A stretch of 64,000 nt of DNA from an uncultured bacterium (lineage in GTDB: Bacteria > Omnitrophota > Omnitrophia > Omnitrophales > Aquincolibacteriaceae). Below, one piece after another: positions 1 through 9,652 of the stretch. How positions within the stretch are numbered: position 1 is the first letter of the stretch; every line of letters starts with the position of its first letter. The notes beneath the pieces were generated by a model. That model was given only the letters and a program-made list of their open reading frames with translations. It ran no database searches and had not been told where the DNA came from. The stretch lies in NCBI GenBank assembly GCA_964562525.1, contig CAZLTL010000002.1:18468-82467 (forward strand), written 5' to 3'. Position numbers and translations under genes: made by a program.

Positions 1-1657
1 TATTCGCCCCAAAAGAATCCGGCGCATTGCCTTTCTCATTCAAAACCAAAGTCGGCATCAAAAATTCAAATAAAGAGCCGCCCCAGCTGGGCACAATTTT
101 CATGCTTTCATACTGGTAATAACCCTGAAAATAATAAACCTGCCCATTATCAATTTGCTTACCCTTCGGCTTTTGACTTTGCCAGCCCCATGAATCCGGC
201 GGAGTGCGGTAAAGCGACCACCAATGGTCTTCGCTTAAATCGCCTTTACCGATTCCCAGCAGGCTGGTCGCGCGCGCTTCACTCACCAGCATGCCATAAT
301 GCGTTTGAATTAAATCATTTCTTTCCGAATCGAATCCGAGTGAAAGCTGATTGTTTTCATAGTCCAAAAATTCGCTGAAATCCATGCGATTTAAAATTTT
401 AGTGGCTTCCCGGTAAAGCTCTTTGTCAAACGCCTGCCTCGCCACAACAAGCGCAATTCCTAACCAGCCATTATCGACGCTGGAAATAAACCCGCGCGTT
501 ACAGAGAGTTTGGTGGTTTCATAAAAATTGTAATAAAGGTTTTTCCAGCGCCGAAGATTTTCAATCACTTTTAGTTTTTCTGAAACGCGGTGGACAGCTT
601 CTTGCCGAGAGATCAGCCGCATTCGCTCCGCCGCAACAATGCCCATTAAATCCATGGCGATATTGGTCGGCGAGGTGTAATTGCTCGCAAGCGGCGCGTC
701 ACCCAAACGAATGTGGTCGACTATCATGCCGTTTTGTTTATTTTGGGCGGCTTCAAAATATTTCCAAGTATCTTTGGCAATTTCACGCATCAGCGTTCTG
801 TCGTCTTTGATCTTGAGCAGCTGATTCCGCCGAACTTCATTAAAAATCGTTTTGGGAAATCCTTTGAGATTGTCTAAGTTGCTTTCAAAAAAAACGTCAT
901 TCGGTCCATAAAAAGCAATTTCATCAAATTGCATTTTGCCGCGCGCCGGTTGAGCCCCTGAAACAAGCACAAAGGAAATCGAATTGAGCTGATCCCAGTC
1001 AAGATCACGGAAGCTTTCCTGCTTTAAGGTAATTTCATTCCAGGCTTTGTCGCCGGCACAAGAAGCGGTAATGTCAACCACCGCGCGCTTAGCCCGCCAA
1101 TCCTCCAGAACAACGCGCAAAGACCCGGCGAAAGGCTGTTTTTTTTCGGGATCGAATTTACAGGAAAAAACAAGCAAATCAGCCTGGCTTGCATCCAGCT
1201 TTTGCAGCGAGCTGGTAAATGCCATTTCGCGGCTTTTAGGTAAATCAAATGCAAGCTGTAACGAGGACCCAAACTTAGGGTTGCGGGCATCTTCTTTTGC
1301 GCGTCCGACTTTCACTATTTTTGCCGTGGCATTGCGCAAATGCCAAATACCGCCGCGTTTATTCTTCCACTCCGCCTGATTAAAGTCTTCGATCAAAATA
1401 AATTGTGGCGATGCAGCCAGCGATTTATGCGGGGGAACCAAGCGGTAAGCGGAATTGGCCTGCGGGCGGCTGGACACAACCGGCATTTCAGATCGCGCGG
1501 ATGCGGTGGGCGCTTGTTTTTTAGGTGGGGACGTCGTTTTTTGAATTTTGCTTTCCGTCGCGAAAGCGGAAAGTGCCCCCGCGAGCAAAAGCACAAAGAA
1601 AAAAGACCCTGTTTTTTTTCTTTGGTTCAACCAAAGATGGAAAACAGGGTCCTTCAT
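1..1657 (-). CDS. partial CDS (3' end beyond window): secreted protein, putative (alpha/alpha)6-barrel glycoside hydrolase of the DUF3131/GH144-like kind (beta-glucan active?)
   Basis: Continuous minus-strand reading frame from ATG at 1657 to the window edge; absent from the ORF track only because it is edge-truncated. N-terminal signal peptide MKDPVFHLWLNQRKKTGSFFFVLLLAGALSAFA. Family assignment is weak motif recall plus co-operonic GH94 phosphorylase and sugar SBP. Confidence 0.45.
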   Translation of the reverse strand, partial: MKDPVFHLWLNQRKKTGSFFFVLLLAGALSAFATESKIQKTTSPPKKQAPTASARSEMPVVSSRPQANSAYRLVPPHKSLAASPQFILIEDFNQAEWKNKRGGIWHLRNATAKIVKVGRAKEDARNPKFGSSLQLAFDLPKSREMAFTSSLQKLDASQADLLVFSCKFDPEKKQPFAGSLRVVLEDWRAKRAVVDITASCAGDKAWNEITLKQESFRDLDWDQLNSISFVLVSGAQPARGKMQFDEIAFYGPNDVFFESNLDNLKGFPKTIFNEVRRNQLLKIKDDRTLMREIAKDTWKYFEAAQNKQNGMIVDHIRLGDAPLASNYTSPTNIAMDLMGIVAAERMRLISRQEAVHRVSEKLKVIENLRRWKNLYYNFYETTKLSVTRGFISSVDNGWLGIALVVARQAFDKELYREATKILNRMDFSEFLDYENNQLSLGFDSERNDLIQTHYGMLVSEARATSLLGIGKGDLSEDHWWSLYRTPPDSWGWQSQKPKGKQIDNGQVYYFQGYYQYESMKIVPSWGGSLFEFLMPTLVLNEKGNAPDSFGAN

Positions 1658-1714
1658 AACTTGAGCGCTTAGTCGTGTTTGCCGGTTGCGCTTTCAGCGC
1701 AGAGGCAAAACATG

Positions 1715-4183
1715 TCAGCCGAGCGTCACTTCAACCGTATGGGTTTTGCCATCACGGAAATCAGGAACCACATTTCCGCTGATACGCTTACCGTCCACGA
1801 TCAATTCTTTCACGCCGTTATTCTTTTTATTCGGATTCTTGACTTCGATTTTGTAAGTCGTGTCGCGGAAAAAGCGCTGTGCTTTAAAGCCTTTCCATGC
1901 CGCAGGAATTTGCGGATCAATGATTAGCCCTTTGCGCGAAGCGCGAATACCGCAAATCCAGTTATACGCGACTTTCTGCATCCAAGAACCGGAACCGGAA
2001 TACCATGTCCAGCCGCCGCGGCCGAAATTCGGAGAATCCGGACCATCCACGTTTCCGGGAGTGACATACGGTTCGCCGTCATAATGATCAGCATTTTTTT
2101 CAGCGCGGTAAACCGGGCACATATTACGGTAAGCCTTGTAAGCCATTTCCGCATCACCCATCATCGCCGCCGCCTGAACGCCCCAGCATGCCGCATGCGT
2201 ATAAACGCCGCCGTTTTCACGAACTGACGGTGCATATCGGGAAAGATAGCCGATGGTTTCATCCAGTTTGTCATAGCCCGGAGTAAAAAGCAGCGGACCA
2301 TATTCACGGTAAAGATACTTGTACGCGGAGTTCATTGCGGTACGCGCGCGTTCCGGCGTAGCGGTATCACAAATCACAGCCCAAGTTTGCGCGTTCAAGA
2401 AAATCTTTCCGCGGGATTCTGTTTTGCTTCCGAGCGGAATGCCGTTATCGCGGGTCGCGCGGATATACCATTCGCCGTCCCAGCCCACTTCGTTGATCGC
2501 AACTTTCAGCTTCTTAGCGCGATCCAAATAATTGGCAGCGCGATTTTTTTCGCCCTTCTTTTCACAGTAAGGCGCAAACCGATTCAGCAGGCCATAAAAG
2601 AAATGTGCGAGCCAGAAGGATTCGCCCTTCCACTTCACGCCAACATGGCTCATACCATCGTTCCAATCGCCCTCACCCATCAAAGGAATGCCGCGAGGTG
2701 ACCAGCGTGAAAGCACTTTTTCATAAGAGCGCACGATATGATCGTAAATCGTACCTTCTTGTTTCGGTTCGCCGGGTTTCGTCACATATGGCGCCACTTC
2801 ATCAAGAATAGATTCGTCACCTGTTTCTTCAATGTAGTTGAATGTGATCAACGCAAGCCACAACAAATCGTCCACCATGTCGGTATGCGCCGCGATTCCG
2901 GCACCGGGATGCCACCAATGATAAACAGTTCCGTCCGGAAACATCTGTTCGGCATGCACTAAAATTTGTTTGCGTGTTAATTCAGGTGCGGACTCAAGCA
3001 AGCAGTTCGAATCCTGCAGCTGATCGCGAAAACCGATGCCGCCCGAGCACTGAAAATAAGCTGTCTTCGCCCACATGCGCGCGCAAAGAGCCTGATAACG
3101 ATACCAGCGGTTCGTTACAAAATTCATGGCCTCATCCGGCGTTTCAATCCATGACTTGCTGACTAAGTTTTCCCAAAAGCCTGTCACTTTTTCAAGCTCG
3201 GCTTTGACCGTTGCAACTGAGCGATATTTTTCAACAATCGCTTTCGCTTTGCTTTTATCTTCGATGCGCGCCAAAACAAAAACCAATGTTTTAGATTGGC
3301 CGGGATTCAGCGCCACATTGGTTTGCAATGAAGCAATCGGCTCACCCCATTTTTCAAGATCGCGTACGTTTTTTACTTTGCCCGCAACAACGGATTTCGG
3401 CGCGGCATAAGTTCCGTACATGCCGACGAAAGTTTCTTTATCGCCGTCATACCCTGCTGTTTTCGCGTTAGTCAAAGCAAACACAGCAGTCAAAGGCGAA
3501 TCAACGCCCTTGTTCACATGCGGCGGAACAAGCGGCGGGCGCTTTAATCCAATGATTGCGCCAAGCTTGCGGTCCACTTGCACTTCAATAAAAGTTTTTT
3601 GAAATTCACGGTGAACTTCATTGCCGCTGCCAAGACACCAGTCCAAGAAAGGAAAAACGCTCAGGTTGCGTTTCTTTTTGGTTTCATTGGTCAGCGTTAC
3701 CTGCCAAATTTCAGCGGAATCTTGGCGCGGAACGAACATCAATTGTTCGGTTTTGATACCTTGATATTTTGTGGTGAACTTGGCGTAGCCCAAACCATAA
3801 CGCGCTTCGTAGGAATCATATTTAAAATCGGTCGGCTTCCAAGTAGTTGACCAAATTTTTTCGGAGTCGTTGTCGCGCACATACACATACTTGCCGTACG
3901 GATCACGAATCAAATCCTGGCTCCAGCTGGTCAAACGCGAGAGCTGAGAATTGCCGTACCATGAAAAACCGCCGCCGGTTTGAGTTACAACAAAACCATA
4001 ATCTTCGTTCGCGCAAACATTAATCCACGGACGGGGTGTGCGCGGATTGTTGATGACAAATTCGCTTCCGTCTTGCGTGAAATAACCGTATGGGTTTTGA
4101 AATTTTTTGATTTCTTTTACCGCTACCGCGCTTTTTGCCGGCTTCTTAACTTTTTTTCTTGGGCTCGCAACCGCTGTGGACAT
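1715..4183 (-). CDS. GH94 glycoside phosphorylase (cellobiose/chitobiose/cellodextrin phosphorylase family)
   Basis: 822 aa. N-terminus FVINNPRTPRPWINVCANEDYGFVVTQTGGGFSWYGNSQLSRLTSW parallels cellobiose phosphorylase (YVITxPRTPxPWINYLG...AGGYSFY). Lys-rich N-terminal extension. The size fits cellobiose/chitobiose phosphorylase, not the longer 1,2-beta-oligoglucan phosphorylases. Confidence 0.8.
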   Translation of the reverse strand: MSTAVASPRKKVKKPAKSAVAVKEIKKFQNPYGYFTQDGSEFVINNPRTPRPWINVCANEDYGFVVTQTGGGFSWYGNSQLSRLTSWSQDLIRDPYGKYVYVRDNDSEKIWSTTWKPTDFKYDSYEARYGLGYAKFTTKYQGIKTEQLMFVPRQDSAEIWQVTLTNETKKKRNLSVFPFLDWCLGSGNEVHREFQKTFIEVQVDRKLGAIIGLKRPPLVPPHVNKGVDSPLTAVFALTNAKTAGYDGDKETFVGMYGTYAAPKSVVAGKVKNVRDLEKWGEPIASLQTNVALNPGQSKTLVFVLARIEDKSKAKAIVEKYRSVATVKAELEKVTGFWENLVSKSWIETPDEAMNFVTNRWYRYQALCARMWAKTAYFQCSGGIGFRDQLQDSNCLLESAPELTRKQILVHAEQMFPDGTVYHWWHPGAGIAAHTDMVDDLLWLALITFNYIEETGDESILDEVAPYVTKPGEPKQEGTIYDHIVRSYEKVLSRWSPRGIPLMGEGDWNDGMSHVGVKWKGESFWLAHFFYGLLNRFAPYCEKKGEKNRAANYLDRAKKLKVAINEVGWDGEWYIRATRDNGIPLGSKTESRGKIFLNAQTWAVICDTATPERARTAMNSAYKYLYREYGPLLFTPGYDKLDETIGYLSRYAPSVRENGGVYTHAACWGVQAAAMMGDAEMAYKAYRNMCPVYRAEKNADHYDGEPYVTPGNVDGPDSPNFGRGGWTWYSGSGSWMQKVAYNWICGIRASRKGLIIDPQIPAAWKGFKAQRFFRDTTYKIEVKNPNKKNNGVKELIVDGKRISGNVVPDFRDGKTHTVEVTLG

Positions 4184-4200
4184 GAGATGCTCCTTTTATA

Positions 4201-5475
4201 TTATTTCAAAGCACTGTTAATTTCTGGCTCAAGCGCAGAGAAAACCTCTTTGGCTGTTTTCTTTCCGCTGAAAATCAAATCAAGTTGTGGGCTAAGCATT
4301 TTCTCTTCGATTTCGCGCCAACGCTCATGAAACGGGCTGAAGACAGAATAATTGACCGCCTCATTCAGCATTTTTTTATTAGCCGGTCTTGACTTCGTAT
4401 CTGCCGCCCAAAACTCACCTTCCGCAACGCCCTTACGTGAAGGCTGCGCCAAGCCGCCTTGCGCGAACTTTTCCTGTCCCTTAACGCCGGTCAAAGCTTT
4501 CAAAACTTCCCATGCCGCCGCTTTATTTTTTGACGACTTCAACATGGCATACCCGGAGCCGCCTGTGCCGAAAGCGCGCTTGCCCTCTTTGGATTTCGGA
4601 AACATGACAACATCCCAATCAAAATCATAATTACGCAAGCCGGGGGTTTCCCAAATACCGGAGCCAAACATCGCGAGCTGCCCCTTAGCAAAAAGACGGT
4701 CAATGCCCATGCCTAAGTTCGTCAGCGCAACAGGTGTCGGCATGACACCATATACATTGATCAAATTAGCATAAAACTGCATCCCCTCAATCGACTCAGG
4801 CTGCGCAAGTGCCGTGCGCGTCGGATTATTAATGTCATCGACAAGCGCTCCGCCAAATCCGTAAACAAAATTTTTCCAAGCCCAAGTATAAAAACCGTAT
4901 TGCGTTACGCGGCCTTCCGCATCTTTTTTGGTCAACTCGCGGCTGATGCGTAACATGTCGTCAAAAGTCCAGTCGTCTGTTGGATAAGGAATTTTGGCGT
5001 CATCAAAAAGTTTTTTGTTATAAAAAACGCAGGCAAAAGGTGCGATGTCGCGCGGAATCGCTAAAAGCTGTTCGTTGCGCGTAAAGCGCGAAACGATGCC
5101 GTCAAAAAATTCTTCTTTGGAAAACCCGCTCGGGTCATTTTCAAAATAAGGATTTAAATTTTCTAAAACGCCCTTTGAAGCAAAGGTAACAAAGTAATCG
5201 ACTTCCGTTGTAATAATGTCGGGAGCCGCGCCGCCGGCGATGCGGGTTAAAATTTTACTGTCATATCCGCTGTAAGGAGTATGTTCAAAAATGACTTTAA
5301 TTTGCGGATGTTCGGCTTGCCAATCTGAGATCGAATTCGTAATGATGGCAATTTCTTCGGGGCTTCCCCAAAACGCAACTTTCACTTCCGTAACGCCGGA
5401 AGATTTTTCGGAAGAACAAGCAATCAGAGCAAAACAAAGCAGCGCAGAAAAAAGCTTTTTAAATAGTTTCATCAA
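4201..5475 (-). CDS. ABC transporter extracellular solute-binding lipoprotein (family 1, carbohydrate)
   Basis: 424 aa. Lipoprotein signal with lipobox LIAC. Typical SBP_bac_1 sequence features. First gene of the operon with the GH94 phosphorylase. Confidence 0.8.
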   Translation of the reverse strand: MMKLFKKLFSALLCFALIACSSEKSSGVTEVKVAFWGSPEEIAIITNSISDWQAEHPQIKVIFEHTPYSGYDSKILTRIAGGAAPDIITTEVDYFVTFASKGVLENLNPYFENDPSGFSKEEFFDGIVSRFTRNEQLLAIPRDIAPFACVFYNKKLFDDAKIPYPTDDWTFDDMLRISRELTKKDAEGRVTQYGFYTWAWKNFVYGFGGALVDDINNPTRTALAQPESIEGMQFYANLINVYGVMPTPVALTNLGMGIDRLFAKGQLAMFGSGIWETPGLRNYDFDWDVVMFPKSKEGKRAFGTGGSGYAMLKSSKNKAAAWEVLKALTGVKGQEKFAQGGLAQPSRKGVAEGEFWAADTKSRPANKKMLNEAVNYSVFSPFHERWREIEEKMLSPQLDLIFSGKKTAKEVFSALEPEINSALK

Positions 5476-5598
5476 TTAAACTTTACTTGTTTTGGGTTTT
5501 GTCCCGGGAAAAAGATCGCGAATTATAGCACGCTGTTTAGACGTGTCAAAAGCCATTTGCTATTCACCACAAACAACGGTTTGTGCTGACATTCGGCG

Positions 5599-6543
5599 CT
5601 AATTTTTCGGAAGCCCGGCTTTTTCCAAAATGCGGTCGAGATCGTCCAAAGAAAAGTATTGGATTTCAAGCCGTCCCTGATTTTTATTTTTTTTCGGATA
5701 AATCTTCACCTGGGTTCCAAACCAGCGCGTCAACTGCCCTTCTAAGTCCACAATTTCCGGCGTCAAGTTTCGCGCAGTCTTGGCTCCGCGCCGATGAGCA
5801 ACACTACGGCCCACAATCGCTTCCACTTGCCGCACCGAAAGATTTTCTTCGACAATGCGTTTTGCCAAGTGCCTTTGGTGTTCCGGTGTTAACATTCCCA
5901 ATAGAGCGCGGGCATGTCCCGACGAAAGCTGCCCTGCGGCCAGCATTTCACGCACAGAATCCGGCAAGCGAAGCAAGCGAATCATGTTTGCAACCGTAAC
6001 GCGATTTTTCCCAACTCGTTTTGCAACCTCATCTTGCGACAATGCCCCCTGCTCCATAATTTTCTGATAGGCTTGTGCTTCTTCGAGCGGATTCAAGTCT
6101 TCGCGCTGAATATTTTCGATAAGCCCCCACTCTAAAAAATCATGCGGCGCCAAATCCTTAATAATGGCCGGAATTCTTTCTAGGCCGCATAATGCCGCAG
6201 CGCGCAACCGTCTCTCACCGCATATTAAGATGTATCCATCCGCCTTACGCGTCACGATCACAGGCTGAAGCACGCCCTTTTCTTTAATCGAGCTTGCCAG
6301 CTCTTGAATGCTTTCCTGTGAAAATGTCTGGCGCGGCTGATCCGGATTCGGAACAACCTTTTTAATCTCAACCAGCTGAAGCCCTTGGGGTAAAGCATTC
6401 GCCGGCGCTGCAGCAACGACCTGGCTTGGCTTTTCCGCTTGAGTTATTGGCGTGGCCGGTGTCACCGCGGCCGGCGCGGCGCTTTTAACATAAGTATCTG
6501 GTATTAATGCACTTAAACCTTTACCGAGAGCCTTCTTCATCAT
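5599..6543 (-). CDS. parB: chromosome partitioning protein ParB/Spo0J
   Basis: 314 aa. ParB box LQPVIVTRKADGYILICGERRLRAAAL. Directly downstream of parA. Confidence 0.92.
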   Translation of the reverse strand: MMKKALGKGLSALIPDTYVKSAAPAAVTPATPITQAEKPSQVVAAAPANALPQGLQLVEIKKVVPNPDQPRQTFSQESIQELASSIKEKGVLQPVIVTRKADGYILICGERRLRAAALCGLERIPAIIKDLAPHDFLEWGLIENIQREDLNPLEEAQAYQKIMEQGALSQDEVAKRVGKNRVTVANMIRLLRLPDSVREMLAAGQLSSGHARALLGMLTPEHQRHLAKRIVEENLSVRQVEAIVGRSVAHRRGAKTARNLTPEIVDLEGQLTRWFGTQVKIYPKKNKNQGRLEIQYFSLDDLDRILEKAGLPKN

Positions 6544-6625
6544 AACGAAAATCCTCTTTTGGGTTGAAAAATAGCGGTTGAGCCGCCTGCCGTCTCAAAG
6601 CGCAAACAAAGCGACACCATCGTTT

Positions 6626-7459
6626 TTATTCTCCTGCAGGTTGCGCATCGGCAGACACAGCATTTGATTTGCCCGATTGAGCCAAAGACTCAGCAGAAAA
6701 GCGGCGCAGAAACTCTTTCGACAAATCAATATAGGCTTTCGATCCGCGATTATGCGGATCATAAAAAACAGCCGGCCTGCCAAAGCTGGGCGCCTCAGAC
6801 AACTTAACCGCTCGCGGAATAATTGTTTCAAAAACTTTTTCTTTAAAATAGTTTTTTACTTCCTCGATCACCTGCTGAGTTAAGTTGGTGCGAAAATCCG
6901 CCATGGTTAAAATAACTCCACCAACCTCAAGCGCGGAATTCAAGTTTTTTTGAACCAGCTGATAGGTATTCAAAAGCTGCCCCAAACCTTCCAAAGCATA
7001 ATACTCGCACTGCAAAGGTATTACTAGATAATCACTTGCTGTTAATGCATTTATACTTATAAGACCAAGCGATGGCGGGCAATCAATAATAATTAAATCG
7101 TAAGCTTCACGAATAGGATCAAGCTTCTTTTTCAAGACAAACTCTCTCTCTTGAAAAGAAACCAACTCGAGATCGGCAGCCGCCAAATCCGTGTTGGATG
7201 GCAAAAGAAATAAGTTTGAGGTCTCCGTTTTAACGATAACGCTCTCGGGCGAGACATTATCCACAAGAAGTTGATAAGCTGTGAACTGAAGTCCAGCCTT
7301 GTCAATACCAAGTCCGCTGGTAGCATTTCCCTGAGAGTCGAGGTCGACCAAAAGGACACGCTGACCGCTCTGAGCCGCCAAAGCAGAAAGGTTCACCGCC
7401 GAAGTCGTTTTTCCAACGCCGCCCTTTTGATTACAAAATGAAAATAATTTTGCAGCCAT
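6626..7459 (-). CDS. parA: chromosome partitioning ATPase ParA/Soj
   Basis: 277 aa. Deviant Walker A NQKGGVGKTT. Confidence 0.92.
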   Translation of the reverse strand: MAAKLFSFCNQKGGVGKTTSAVNLSALAAQSGQRVLLVDLDSQGNATSGLGIDKAGLQFTAYQLLVDNVSPESVIVKTETSNLFLLPSNTDLAAADLELVSFQEREFVLKKKLDPIREAYDLIIIDCPPSLGLISINALTASDYLVIPLQCEYYALEGLGQLLNTYQLVQKNLNSALEVGGVILTMADFRTNLTQQVIEEVKNYFKEKVFETIIPRAVKLSEAPSFGRPAVFYDPHNRGSKAYIDLSKEFLRRFSAESLAQSGKSNAVSADAQPAGE

Positions 7460-7492
7460 GAAAACCTCACATAAATAGGTCGAGTAAGAAAT

Positions 7493-7508
7493 GTTTCACG
7501 TGAAACAA
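7493..7508. promoter_or_regulatory. parS: parS centromere site (perfect TGTTTCACGTGAAACA palindrome)
   Basis: Exact 16-bp match to the canonical ParB-binding parS consensus, read directly in the sequence. Lies in the AT-rich parA-mnmG spacer. Confidence 0.85.
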
Positions 7509-7679
7509 ACACTATCTTATTCATAGTCGAAATAAATGCAATCTTATTGTTTTATCAACAAAACACTACTAACATATTTGTTTATATATAAATACAACTT
7601 TTATTTAATTTGAAATAAAAATAAACAAATGCTGATAGTTTAAAAATCACGACAAAAACACTCTGCCTTGCAAGCTTTT

Positions 7680-7695
7680 TGTTTCACGTGAAACA
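7680..7695. promoter_or_regulatory. parS: second parS site (TGTTTCACGTGAAACA)
   Basis: Identical 16-bp palindrome 187 bp from the first. The two flank a ~170-bp very AT-rich stretch. Confidence 0.85.
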
Positions 7696-7710
7696 AAATA
7701 TAAAAGCTAC

Positions 7711-9534
7711 TTAACAGGCTTGTTCGCGGGAAAGCTTTTGAACGTAGACTGAAACCAGAGAAACATCGCAGTGCGAGATGCCGGGTATGCGCAAGGCTTG
7801 ACCAATGGAGTCAGGTCTGATTTTTTTTAACTTTTCACGGCCTTCTTTGCTTAGCCCAGTCACTGCGGAATAATCTACGGTTTGAGGAATTTTTCGTTTC
7901 TCTTGTTGCTTAAATTTTTCAACTTCTTTTTTTTGGCGCTCAATATAGCCGGCATATTTAATCAGAGTTTCAACAATTTCCGTTTCTTCCTCATTTGTTG
8001 AGAATGAGTGTAAGTTGTTTTCTTTAAAATAGTTACATTTTATTTCTGGGCGTCTCAAAATCTGTAGAAGCGTGTCTGGCCCGTGTCGTTTCGAGTTTAA
8101 TTCTTTGATCTCGTTTTGAATTCGTGCCATTTTTTGTTCATGCTGAGCAAAGTCTTCATTGCTCACCAAACCAAAATCGTAGCCGTATTTTGTCAGCCGC
8201 TCGTCCGCGTTATCTTGCCGCAAAACCAAACGGTGCTCCGCTCGGGAAGTAAACATGCGGTAAGGCTCATTGGTGCCGCGCGTCACTAAGTCGTCGATCA
8301 AAACACCGATATAAGCTTCGGATCGGTCTAAAACAAAAGGTTCGCGCCCTTTAAGCTTGGAAATAACGTTGAGTCCCGCCATCAGTCCTTGAGCTGCCGC
8401 TTCTTCATAGCCGGAGGTACAGTTTATTTGTCCGGCAAGAAAAAGGTTTTTTATTTTTTTGGTTTCGAGCGAATGCCAAAGTTGTGTCGGCGGCGCGGCA
8501 TCATATTCAATTGCGTAACCATAACGCACAATTTTCGCATTCTCTAATCCGCGAATGGAATGCACCATCTGCTCCTGAACATCTTTGGGTAGGGAAGTTG
8601 AAAGCCCGTTCACATAAACCTCATCCGTATCCAGACCTTCGGGCTCTAAATAAATTTGATGCGAAATCTTGTCGGCAAACCGCACTACTTTGTCTTCGAT
8701 CGACGGACAATATCGCGGGCCTGTCCCAACAATGCGTCCGGCATAAAGCGGTGAGCGGTTTAAGTTTTCCCGAATCAAAGCGTGGGTTACCGCGCTGGTA
8801 TGAGTGAGATAACAAGAAATTTGTTTTTGCGGAATACACTTTGTGCGAAAAGAAAAAGGGCGGGGGGGCTCGTCGCCTTTTTGTTCTTCGGTCACGCTCC
8901 AATCAATGCTTTGATTCAAAAGCCGCGGAGGCGTTCCGGTTTTGAAGCGCACAAGCTCGATTCCGTTTTTGCGCAAAGAATCAGACAGCCCTACTGCGGG
9001 CGGCTCATCTCGCCGACCGCCTTCATAATGCGTTTCTCCGATATGAATCAGGCCTTGTAAAAAAGTTCCTGTGGTAAGAATAACCGTGCGGCTCAAAATG
9101 GTTTCACCATCGCCGGTTTGAATACCGTAACACTCGCTGTTACGCACCAACAAATTAACGCCCATGCCCTTTTTTAAATCTAAGTTCGGCGTGGTTTTTA
9201 AAACACGCTGCATATATTCGGAATAAAGTTTTTTGTCCGCCTGCGCGCGCGGGGCCCATACAGCAGGGCCTTTGGATCGATTCAACATACGGAATTGAAT
9301 TCCTGTGGCATCAGTAGCAAGCCCCATCTCGCCGCCCAGCGCATCGATTTCGCGCACCATATGTCCCTTGGCAAGGCCGCCGATCGCGGGGTTGCAGGAC
9401 ATGCGCCCGATGGAATCAATATCCATGGTAAGAACACAAACGGGAAAGCCGGCGCGGGCAATAGAGAGGGAGGCTTCGATTCCGGCGTGGCCCGCACCTA
9501 CGACTATTGCTGCATATTCTTTTGTGGGGTTCAT
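7711..9534 (-). CDS. mnmG: tRNA uridine-5-carboxymethylaminomethyl modification enzyme MnmG (GidA)
   Basis: 607 aa. FAD-binding N-terminus AAIVVGAGHAGIEA. Typical GidA length and position next to parAB; rsmG/gidB is absent between them. Confidence 0.95.
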   Translation of the reverse strand: MNPTKEYAAIVVGAGHAGIEASLSIARAGFPVCVLTMDIDSIGRMSCNPAIGGLAKGHMVREIDALGGEMGLATDATGIQFRMLNRSKGPAVWAPRAQADKKLYSEYMQRVLKTTPNLDLKKGMGVNLLVRNSECYGIQTGDGETILSRTVILTTGTFLQGLIHIGETHYEGGRRDEPPAVGLSDSLRKNGIELVRFKTGTPPRLLNQSIDWSVTEEQKGDEPPRPFSFRTKCIPQKQISCYLTHTSAVTHALIRENLNRSPLYAGRIVGTGPRYCPSIEDKVVRFADKISHQIYLEPEGLDTDEVYVNGLSTSLPKDVQEQMVHSIRGLENAKIVRYGYAIEYDAAPPTQLWHSLETKKIKNLFLAGQINCTSGYEEAAAQGLMAGLNVISKLKGREPFVLDRSEAYIGVLIDDLVTRGTNEPYRMFTSRAEHRLVLRQDNADERLTKYGYDFGLVSNEDFAQHEQKMARIQNEIKELNSKRHGPDTLLQILRRPEIKCNYFKENNLHSFSTNEEETEIVETLIKYAGYIERQKKEVEKFKQQEKRKIPQTVDYSAVTGLSKEGREKLKKIRPDSIGQALRIPGISHCDVSLVSVYVQKLSREQAC

Positions 9535-9561
9535 TTTTAATTAACTGATAAATCAGAGTTC

Positions 9562-9580
9562 AAAGATCAGAACCATAACT
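9562..9580. repeat. single-arm copy of the same repeat family (mnmG-yidC spacer)
   Basis: aaagatcagaaccataact, identical core to the 35988 copy. Confidence 0.5.
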
Positions 9581-9652
9581 AAAAAATCAAAGCATCCCTA
9601 AAAGCTAGCTGGTTTGAAAGGTTGCTTTGCTCTCTGGTCTTTGAGTTTTGCG

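Noticed and set aside
1047-1672. Plus-strand ORFs 1047..1379 and 1340..1672
   Set aside because: They lie antisense to the edge-truncated secreted glycosidase-like gene, which has a coherent signal peptide and domain-like sequence.
5476-5598. Possible terminator hairpin GAAGC-CCG-GCTTTTT at ~5621-5637 after parB
   Set aside because: The T-tract lies on the plus strand where nothing is transcribed into it, and the stem is only 4 bp. More likely promoter/spacer sequence for the divergent SBP operon.
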